From positions 18,029-82,028 of the forward strand of contig JAINCN010000030.1 of assembly GCA_036574075.1 (NCBI GenBank): a DNA stretch of 64,000 nucleotides, given 5' to 3'. The translations under genes and the position numbers were made by a program. Position 1 is the first letter of the stretch, and each line of letters opens with the position of its first letter. The notes below the pieces were generated by a model that was given only the letters and a program-made list of their open reading frames with translations, was not told where the DNA came from and ran no database searches. This DNA is from Deltaproteobacteria bacterium (GTDB lineage Bacteria; Desulfobacterota; Dissulfuribacteria; Dissulfuribacterales; UBA5754). Shown here piece by piece: positions 37,810 through 45,971 of this stretch.

Positions 37810-40800
37810 ATTGATCCGATTGCCCTGATGAAGAAGGGATTAAGACTTCCATGCAGAGATAAATCCGCCTAAATAGCACTGGCATTGATCCGATTGCCCT
37901 GATGAAGAAGGGATTAAGACACGGGAAAAGCCACCAACTTTCCCTGCTGGATCAATTGATCCGATTGCCCTGATGAAGAAGGGATTAAGACTCGTCGGTT
38001 ACGTGGGATATGATCAGTTGGGAGCCCGTCATTGATCCGATTGCCCTGATGAAGAAGGGATTAAGACGAAAAGACATGGCAACAATCACAGTAAGGAAAA
38101 AATTGATCCGATTGCCCTGATGAAGAAGGGATTAAGACCTCCATGCAGAGATAGACCCGCCGAAACAGAAATTGATCCGATTGCCCTGATGAAGAAGGGA
38201 TTAAGACACGTGAGCTGGGCGGAAACCCAGATTTTTCACGATTGATCCGATTGCCCTGATGAAGAAGGGATTAAGACCAGCAGCCGCGCAGCCAGATCGC
38301 GCGGCAGGCATTGATCCGATTGCCCTGATGAAGAAGGGATTAAGACCGTCGTGCCAGACGATGATCCGCGCAAATGAGGAATTGATCCGATTGCCCTGAT
38401 GAAGAAGGGATTAAGACGACAACGCACGTCGCTAATTCGAACACGCGTCGATTGATCCGATTGCCCTGATGAAGAAGGGATTAAGACAGATCAGTTTGTG
38501 CATAATCAGCAAATGTCTCGATTGATCCGATTGCCCTGATGAAGAAGGGATTAAGACCCAAGCCACAACTCTAATTTCGGACTGGGATAGAATTGATCCG
38601 ATTGCCCTGATGAAGAAGGGATTAAGACTTGAGTTTGATTTGTTTTCTTCCGGATCGTAAATTGATCCGATTGCCCTGATGAAGAAGGGATTAAGACAGG
38701 CTGAGGCCACCGATGCGGCAATAAACGCTATTGATCCGATTGCCCTGATGAAGAAGGGATTAAGACCTTCGCCCGTTTTTCATTGTTAACGGCCACGTAC
38801 ATTGATCCGATTGCCCTGATGAAGAAGGGATTAAGACTTATTAGTAGTTAATATAATCATCAATATCATCGATTGATCCGATTGCCCTGATGAAGAAGGG
38901 ATTAAGACTACAACAATCGCCATTTTTTTGCCCTCCTTAATATTGATCCGATTGCCCTGATGAAGAAGGGATTAAGACATTTCCCATTCTGCTTCTTCAT
39001 CCTCATCCTATTGATCCGATTGCCCTGATGAAGAAGGGATTAAGACTTGCCGATTAGGGCAAGTACTTTTTGCTCAGGTGTATTGATCCGATTGCCCTGA
39101 TGAAGAAGGGATTAAGACCGCTTGCGAGCGCTCTTGCCGATTCTCATCTATTAATTGATCCGATTGCCCTGATGAAGAAGGGATTAAGACTGACATTCCT
39201 CCTTCATTTATGTTTAGTGTTTTATTGATCCGATTGCCCTGATGAAGAAGGGATTAAGACCATTGTGCCCCTTGGGTTGGGATGGCGGCGCTATTGATCC
39301 GATTGCCCTGATGAAGAAGGGATTAAGACTTTTCCCTCTGTTGATTGTTAACGGACACGTACTATTGATCCGATTGCCCTGATGAAGAAGGGATTAAGAC
39401 AGATCATGGAGATTTTTTTGAACTTGAAACCCATTGATCCGATTGCCCTGATGAAGAAGGGATTAAGACTCGACGCTGTCCCATATTTTCATTTCCCATA
39501 CTATTGATCCGATTGCCCTGATGAAGAAGGGATTAAGACTTCTGTAGGATAATAACTATCAACAAGATCTTGGTATTGATCCGATTGCCCTGATGAAGAA
39601 GGGATTAAGACTGATTTGCCTTGCAGACCTCAGCGTCTGCAACATTGATCCGATTGCCCTGATGAAGAAGGGATTAAGACCCCTCGTTCTTGCAAAACTT
39701 GATTAATCCCTTGATTGATCCGATTGCCCTGATGAAGAAGGGATTAAGACATCCGGGCCGTCGATGTCCCGGATCCATGCATTGATCCGATTGCCCTGAT
39801 GAAGAAGGGATTAAGACCAGGGCGCTTGAAGATGTTGAGCCTGTCGGCATTGATCCGATTGCCCTGATGAAGAAGGGATTAAGACCGTTGCCTGCGCGCG
39901 GATTTTTAAAGCGCTTGCAAGTGGATTGATCCGATTGCCCTGATGAAGAAGGGATTAAGACCTCTCAAGGGGAGCCATCAAGAAAAGGGCGCCGCCTATA
40001 TTGATCCGATTGCCCTGATGAAGAAGGGATTAAGACGCCTTGTGTTGGGTAAGATTCAAAATTTTCACATTGATCCGATTGCCCTGATGAAGAAGGGATT
40101 AAGACAGAGATTATAGATTTCAGAAATAATTTCACCATCATTGATCCGATTGCCCTGATGAAGAAGGGATTAAGACCCGACCCTTAAGGTCATCATAGGG
40201 CTCGCCCTTGATTGATCCGATTGCCCTGATGAAGAAGGGATTAAGACGAGATCCGGGCCATCAATATCCCGGATCCAGGCCCATTGATCCGATTGCCCTG
40301 ATGAAGAAGGGATTAAGACCGACCTTTTGACTTATATCTCTTGTGAGTGTTCATTGATCCGATTGCCCTGATGAAGAAGGGATTAAGACTTGTGGGCAAT
40401 GTACTTGCCCACAAGGGCCATTACTTTCATTGATCCGATTGCCCTGATGAAGAAGGGATTAAGACACGAGGGGTTACCTTGCTTTCGGGCGTCCACTGCC
40501 ATTGATCCGATTGCCCTGATGAAGAAGGGATTAAGACGCCCCGAGGGTTAAGTTAGCCCTCAGGGCTTGTATCATTGATCCGATTGCCCTGATGAAGAAG
40601 GGATTAAGACCATAATCTTTCCTCCTTTAAATTAAGATTTATCGGCATTGATCCGATTGCCCTGATGAAGAAGGGATTAAGACTAGAAGACCGGAGCAGT
40701 TTCCAGTACATCCACATTGATCCGATTGCCCTGATGAAGAAGGGATTAAGACTTCCATAGATAGACGCCGTACCATCCATAAATATGGATTGATCCGATT

Positions 40801-42237
40801 GCCCTGATGAAGAAGGGATTAAGACACCGGCCTGATCCATGACTTTCTGAAAACTTGTATCTATTGATCCGATTGTCCTGATGAAGAAGGGATTAAGACG
40901 AAGGCGGATAACCCGCCTTTTCTCGTTTTTCGATTGATCCGATTGCCCTGATGAAGAAGGGATTAAGACTTTTTCTTAAGTGTGATTGTTGCCATTTTCT
41001 TCTATTGATCCGATTGCCCTGATGAAGAAGGGATTAAGACCCTATTAAGGCAAGCACTTTTTGCTCCGGCGTTAATTGATCCGATTGCCCTGATGAAGAA
41101 GGGATTAAGACAGCTCGGCGCAGTGTTCTTCGGGGACATCCACGATTGATCCGATTGCCCTGATGAAGAAGGGATTAAGACACCATGACCCCGGAGTGTA
41201 GCATGCCTGCCTTATTGATCCGATTGCCCTGATGAAGAAGGGATTAAGACTCCACGGACTGGGAAAGCTGTCAGCTTCCCATCAATTGATCCGATTGCCC
41301 TGATGAAGAAGGGATTAAGACTTATTGGTCGCGATATATTTCGCGACCAAGGTAAATTGATCCGATTGCCCTGATGAAGAAGGGATTAAGACCTATTTCG
41401 ATGCCACGACCATAAATAGACGACTCCATTGATCCGATTGCCCTGATGAAGAAGGGATTAAGACCCCCGAGCTTGTTAGGCTCGGGGTTGGAGCTCCATT
41501 GATCCGATTGCCCTGATGAAGAAGGGATTAAGACCGAATTTGATTTAGAATTAAGTGCTCTTTTTAATTGATCCGATTGCCCTGATGAAGAAGGGATTAA
41601 GACTTTTGCTCACTGTCCATGTGCGCAACGATTTTTATTGATCCGATTGCCCTGATGAAGAAGGGATTAAGACAGATAAAGACTGTTTCATAATTTCCTC
41701 CTTTATTAGATTGATCCGATTGCCCTGATGAAGAAGGGATTAAGACCGAATTTGATTTAGAATTAAGTGCTCTTTTTAATTGATCCGATTGCCCTGATGA
41801 AGAAGGGATTAAGACAGGCAGAGTCTATAGACTCTGCCTCTCCATGCATTGATCCGATTGCCCTGATGAAGAAGGGATTAAGACGAGCCCCAGTTTCCCA
41901 ATCTACTTCCGGGGCTGGGATTGATCCGATTGCCCTGATGAAGAAGGGATTAAGACGAAAGAGCCATGGGGACCTCCTTTTTTTGTTTATCATTGATCCG
42001 ATTGCCCTGATGAAGAAGGGATTAAGACGCACTAACTTTGAGTACTCTCTCCTTTCCTCCGATTGATCCGATTGCCCTGATGAAGAAGGGATTAAGACAG
42101 AAGTTTTTTCCATGGTTTCCTCCTTTCGTCATTGATTCGATTGCCCTGATGAAGAAGGGATTAAGACAATAAGCGGGACCAATGCCTCGTTCTGCTTAGG
42201 ATTGATCCGATTGCCATGATGAAGACTGTAGGGGCGA
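37810..42237 (+). CRISPR. CRISPR array: 63 repeats of 37 nt, 62 spacers of 30-39 nt
   Basis: Repeat ATTGATCCGATTGCCCTGATGAAGAAGGGATTAAGAC. Variants are R44 (40863, gattgTcctg), R62 (42131, attgatTcg) and the degenerate terminal R63 (42201, attgatccgattgccAtgatgaagaCTGTAGGGGCG). I parsed every unit: spacer lengths sum to 2097 nt. Orientation is set by cas-proximal leader, distal decay and the ATTAAGAC 3' end. Confidence 0.97.
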
Positions 42238-42293
42238 AAAATTTTCGTCCCTACAATTACTTTGATCCGATTGCCGGATGCACTGCGCTTATC
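42226..42293. repeat. REP-like palindromes and a repeat fragment at the array's distal end
   Basis: tgtaggggcgaaaaattttcgtccctaca hairpin, repeat fragment ttgatccgattgcc (42253-42266), then ccggatgcactgcgcttatccgg hairpin. Confidence 0.6.
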
Positions 42294-42313
42294 CGGCCTG
42301 CAGGGGAAAAGGT

Positions 42314-42500
42314 AAGGGGCATGGCGATGTGGTGCCCGACCCTTCGGCAGATCCGGCACCTCCCTGATTGCTGCGGAGAAGGCGGACCAAGTGGCGCGTC
42401 TGATCGAGCTCGATCCGAAGTATGCGGAGGTGATCGTGCAGCCCTGGCATGACTGCACAGGCAGGCAGGCGCTTAGCGGTCAAGTCCTTCGCCGATTTGG
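42314..42500 (+). pseudogene. C-terminal remnant of an N-4/N-6 DNA methyltransferase (frameshifted)
   Basis: Translation KGHGDVVPDP / (1-nt frameshift) / FGRSGTSLIAAEKADQVARLIELDPKYAEVIVQPWHDCTGRQA matches the DPF-GSGTT...ELDP.Y..V...RW..TG motif series. No N-terminal part is present. Confidence 0.55.
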
Positions 42501-42526
42501 CCTGGCAGCGCCAGTCCGAATGGCTG

Positions 42527-42805
42527 TTAGCTGTTCAGCCTTTTAAGCTCACGGTTGAAGTTTTCGTGAGGCCCAACCATCAGAAGTTTGATCGTGCTTT
42601 CGTCGAGTGCTCGATAGGCCAGCAGGCAAAGCAAGCTGCCCATACGAAACTCGTAAACCCGCACACCAGACAGATCGCCAACTTTGGCTTCACCGACTTC
42701 GGTCTGACTGACAAGGGTGCGTACCGCTTCGCCGAACGCCGCTTTCTGCTGCTCGTGGAGCCTTTTGACGGTGCGTTCGAAGGTCGGAGTCACAAAGATG
42801 CGCAT
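42527..42805 (-). CDS. type II toxin-antitoxin system RelE/ParE family toxin
   Basis: 92 aa; MRIFVTPTFERTVKRL...VRVYEFRMGSLLCLLAYRALDESTIKLLMVGPHENF; 1-nt overlap with the upstream antitoxin. Confidence 0.8.
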   Translation of the reverse strand: MRIFVTPTFERTVKRLHEQQKAAFGEAVRTLVSQTEVGEAKVGDLSGVRVYEFRMGSLLCLLAYRALDESTIKLLMVGPHENFNRELKRLNS

Positions 42806-43014
42806 CAGCCGAATTTGTACTCGCCCACGGGCTCTTCTTGATCGGCGATCAGGATCTCGCGGATGACACTGAACGGCAGATCCGGGTTTTCAGTGGTGAT
42901 CTTGCCGATCTGCGACCAATACTCGATTTGCTTTGGCACCGAGCGGTGCTCGATGGCGCCGTAGCGCTTGGCGGTTTCGACCAGGGCTTCTGGCAGCTTG
43001 ACATTGATAGCCAT
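42805..43014 (-). CDS. ParD-like antitoxin
   Basis: 69 aa from ATG 43014 (GGAGG upstream): MAINVKLPEALVETAKRYGAIEHRSVPKQIEYWSQIGKITTENPDLPF. Confidence 0.7.
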   Translation of the reverse strand: MAINVKLPEALVETAKRYGAIEHRSVPKQIEYWSQIGKITTENPDLPFSVIREILIADQEEPVGEYKFG

Positions 43015-43067
43015 GACTAACCTCCATGAATGGGCGCATTCTCGCTCACCATGGTCCAAAAAGGAAC

Positions 43068-43245
43068 CCGTGAATCCGTGAGATATGCACTCAACCTTTC
43101 GATTTCACAACATAAGCCTACGGGCCGGGGTATTTGTGGATGGAGGCGCCCACGGACGGGTCTCGAACGGCAAATCTGCCCCCATGGATGGGGGCTATTT
43201 GCCGCACGAAACAAATACCCCGGCCCGTAGGCTCACGGATTCAGG
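43068..43245 (-). repeat. MITE-like element, copy E (reverse orientation, full length)
   Basis: ccgtgaatccgtgagatatgcactcaacctttcgatttcac...ggcaaatctgcccccatgg...ccgtaggctcacggattcagg. Confidence 0.8.
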
Positions 43246-43717
43246 GGATATATATAGGCTTTTCCCCGCGCTTTTCAGGGGAAATGGACTCCCATCGCTT
43301 TCTGATCTGCTCCTTACGCTCGGGCGGAAGTTTCCTGAACCACTCGAATCTCCTACGGATGCGTTCCCGCTTCTCAGGCGGGAGCTCCCTGAATTTTTTG
43401 AACCTTTTTCTTAATAACTCGCGTTTTTCCGGTGGGAGATCCTTCCATCGGCTGAACCTCTCCAGCGCGATTTCGCGTTCCTCCGGGGACATATTCATCC
43501 ACCTGTCTGCTCCACGTCTCAGGCGGTCCTTCTTTTCCGGGGACAGATCCGCCCAGCGCCCGGCAAAGGGTTTGAGGACCTCCTGTTCCTCCCTGGTAAG
43601 TCCATCCCAGGGCAGATCCTCCTTTCCGGAGGCGGATGAAAGGGAAGGGAGCGTCGTCAGAACTCCGATAGATGCAAGGATGACGATCCAGTATCTGCAG
43701 TGAAGCCTCCAGTTCAT
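43241..43717 (-). CDS. DUF3106 domain-containing protein
   Basis: 158 aa; signal peptide followed by reiterated W..L(S/P)PE(K/E)R motifs (RWADLSPEKKDRL, RWMNMSPEEREIA, RWKDLPPEKRELL, KFRELPPEKRERI, WFRKLPPERKEQI). Confidence 0.7.
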   Translation of the reverse strand: MNWRLHCRYWIVILASIGVLTTLPSLSSASGKEDLPWDGLTREEQEVLKPFAGRWADLSPEKKDRLRRGADRWMNMSPEEREIALERFSRWKDLPPEKRELLRKRFKKFRELPPEKRERIRRRFEWFRKLPPERKEQIRKRWESISPEKRGEKPIYIP

Positions 43718-43956
43718 GGTCTCTTTCCACCTTTGTGTTCCTGGTATGCGGGATTTTTCTCCTCCTCCATGGATTCAAGGGACATCGGATCCACCTGCTC
43801 GCCTTCTTCCGTCTGGAATGTGCCGAGATATTCCAGAAATTCCATGGATACGACCTCTTCGGTCGGAGGACAGGATGCAGCGGTCCCGCCGTCCACAAGT
43901 CCGCTTAACAGAAAGAAGGATGCTATGGCGCAGTCAACCAAGGGCAGCCTCTTCAT
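43714..43956 (-). CDS. hypothetical secreted protein
   Basis: MKRLPLVDCAIASFFLLSGLV signal-like start; acidic C-terminal half; ATGA-type overlap with the DUF3106 gene. Confidence 0.4.
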   Translation of the reverse strand: MKRLPLVDCAIASFFLLSGLVDGGTAASCPPTEEVVSMEFLEYLGTFQTEEGEQVDPMSLESMEEEKNPAYQEHKGGKRP

Positions 43957-44298
43957 GGGTTGCAAGCCATTCGTAGAATTCAAGTTCTTCATAGAGATCC
44001 ATGGGCTCGGAAGTCGTCATGATCTCGAGGTCTTCGAACATATCTTGTCTCGCCGACCGATCTTCCGGGTGCCCGGATAGGAAGAATGAAAATGCGATGA
44101 GAACAAGGGCCGCAAGGGCGCCTGCAGGCAGGAGAAGGTGTCGAGCTCACGGGCCGTGTCCAGAAGGCGCCTCCCCCTATCAGCCAGCGTCCGGGGTAGG
44201 CATTACCGGCCGCCACGTCTAGGGCCATCGCCGAGGTCCACTAACGGCCCTGGTTCATCAACGGCACGAAACCGCCCGGGTCAGGGGGGCTACCCTGC

Positions 44299-45387
44299 TC
44301 ACAGGGATTTACCCAGGTAATTCAGCTTGTAGATCTCGAGCACGGAAAGACAGAGGGCGATCACGATGGGCCCCAATACCAGGCCGAGAAAACCGAAAAG
44401 GTTGATCCCTCCGATGATGCTCAACAGCAGAAAGAGGTTGTGGATCTGTATCTTGCCTCCGATGAGATACGGCCTCAAAAAATAATCTATCTGGCTTATG
44501 ACAAGCACGCTGAACCCGATAAGGATTGCGGCCTTCACGTACATGCCCGCAGCAACGAGATAGACCGTGGCGGGGATCCATACGAGAGCCGTCCCGACCA
44601 TGGGGATGAAGGTCGCCACACCCATGACGATCCCCCAGAGTATGGGGGCGGAAAAATCGAGTACCCACAGGATGAAGATCCCCAATGACGCCTGGACAAA
44701 GGCGGTCATGATGTTCCCGTAAAGGGTTGCGGAAAGGACGTCGTGGGTCACCCTGAAGAAGTTGGCTGTCTCGCGGTCAGAAAACGGGAGCAGTTCCTTG
44801 AAGGAGGCGAGCAAACGGTCCCCGTCCCGCAAAAGATAGAAGAGGATGGTGAGCATGATAAAGGCCTTGAAGATGAGAGAAGCCACGTTTTTGAAAACGA
44901 CCGTCCCCTGGGCGATAAGGATCTCCCCGAGCCTTTTCGAGAGATCCGTGATGGCCTCCCTGATTGTCTCCTCGTGTCCACGGACAAGCTCAATGAGTTG
45001 GGGGAACCTTTCCTTCAGGATCGGGAAAGCCTCCAGATCCGGGATGAGCCTGAGGCCCTGGCCGTGGAGTCTTTCCTGGATGGATACATAGACCTTGAAG
45101 GTCTCGTTCGTAAGGCTCCCCAGGAGCAAGAACACGGGAATCACGATGAAGGCGATGATGAGGGCGGTCATGATCGCGGCAGACAGGTTGTCCCGGCCCC
45201 GGAGATATCTCCTTATCCGCTGGTGGATGGGGTAAGAAAAGAGGGCGAGGATGATGGCCCATGCCATGGGCTCAAAAAACGGCGCAAAAAGCCTGAGCCC
45301 GAGACCCAAAATGAGAAAGGCGATCGAAAAGGCGAGAAAACCGACGTACTTCTTGTTGTCAGCCGGATTGACGGGAGGGAACATCAT
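44299..45387 (-). CDS. AI-2E family transporter (PerM-like permease)
   Basis: 362 aa; multiple TM segments, with the conserved GIVMGVATFIPMVGTALVWIPA and LLSIIGGINLFGFLGLVLGP regions. Confidence 0.88.
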   Translation of the reverse strand: MMFPPVNPADNKKYVGFLAFSIAFLILGLGLRLFAPFFEPMAWAIILALFSYPIHQRIRRYLRGRDNLSAAIMTALIIAFIVIPVFLLLGSLTNETFKVYVSIQERLHGQGLRLIPDLEAFPILKERFPQLIELVRGHEETIREAITDLSKRLGEILIAQGTVVFKNVASLIFKAFIMLTILFYLLRDGDRLLASFKELLPFSDRETANFFRVTHDVLSATLYGNIMTAFVQASLGIFILWVLDFSAPILWGIVMGVATFIPMVGTALVWIPATVYLVAAGMYVKAAILIGFSVLVISQIDYFLRPYLIGGKIQIHNLFLLLSIIGGINLFGFLGLVLGPIVIALCLSVLEIYKLNYLGKSL

Positions 45388-45971
45388 GCCTCTGGCCCGA
45401 ATGATGGAGGGAAAAGGGATTCGATGCCATGCGGGAAAACGTCAGGGGAGATGCCAAGGGCGCCGACAAGCCAGAGAAGCTCGTCATAAGGGCAATTAAT
45501 GGAGGATTTACGCCTTCCGTTCGTGACGTCGTCCAGTTCCTGGGTCAGAAACCCGATGAGGGCATGGGCGATCTCCTGATCAAGACCGGAGATCTCCTTT
45601 CCTTGCCGGGCCGCAAAGGATAGGAGGCGCCTCACATTCACCACGCACCGGGCAAGGCCCCGGTACGAGCGCTTATCACGGTTCTCGGGAGTCAGGTCTC
45701 GCAGGATGATCCTTCGATAACAGGAGATCACCGCGTCAGTGAGGCGTTCCATATCCTCTGGTTCGAGCTCTATACGCGGTCCGTCCTGGGCCTGGGTAAG
45801 ATGATAAATGGATTCGTGCAATGCCACCTCAGGGATCTCTCCGGCCTTCAGGATCGAAAAGACCTCCTCTTCGAGGAGCTCTGATTTTTCCAATGCGTTA
45901 CCAGTCAAGGGGACGTTTCCATGCATCCTTGAGGTCCTGGATATCCACAGAGACAAAGGGATGATCCCCAT
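45384..45971 (-). CDS. hypothetical protein
   Basis: 195-aa ORF between purL and the permease (ATGA overlap downstream). Its 5' end overlaps purL; a TTG at 45893 just after the purL stop is an alternative start. Confidence 0.45.
   Translation of the reverse strand: MGIIPLSLWISRTSRMHGNVPLTGNALEKSELLEEEVFSILKAGEIPEVALHESIYHLTQAQDGPRIELEPEDMERLTDAVISCYRRIILRDLTPENRDKRSYRGLARCVVNVRRLLSFAARQGKEISGLDQEIAHALIGFLTQELDDVTNGRRKSSINCPYDELLWLVGALGISPDVFPHGIESLFPPSFGPEA

Noticed and set aside
37725-37814. 29-codon ORF (MANWLFKRYQNWQGGLYEAGNISKKRRSY) in the CRISPR leader, downstream of an aggagg motif
   Set aside because: Its stop codon lies inside the first repeat, the SD-like motif is ~12 nt from the ATG, the sequence is low complexity, and there is no way to test conservation here. 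Treated as leader sequence.
39191-39223. Spacer S20 (tgacattcctccttcattta...) as a further antisense SD+ATG example
   Set aside because: In the reverse complement the GGAGG is only 1 nt from the ATG, too close for a functional initiation region, so it was not counted in the strand-bias tally. S60 has the cctcc but no start codon and was likewise excluded.
38236-42113. ORFs inside the CRISPR array (38236-38427, 38432-38710, 40604-40840, 41763-42113, 41767-2066-type) with reiterated NPFFIRAIGS / IDPIALMKKGLR peptides
   Set aside because: The periodic peptide is simply the 37-nt repeat translated; these ORFs exist only because the repeat lacks stop codons in those frames.
44131-44298. Possible small structured RNA (SRP/6S-like) downstream of the AI-2E permease gene, with GC-rich complementary ends (gagctcacggg...ctgctcacaggg)
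   Set aside because: I could not find the conserved SRP domain IV motif or any other recognisable RNA-family signature. The region may instead be the 5' part of a damaged small ORF. It needs an Rfam/Infernal scan.
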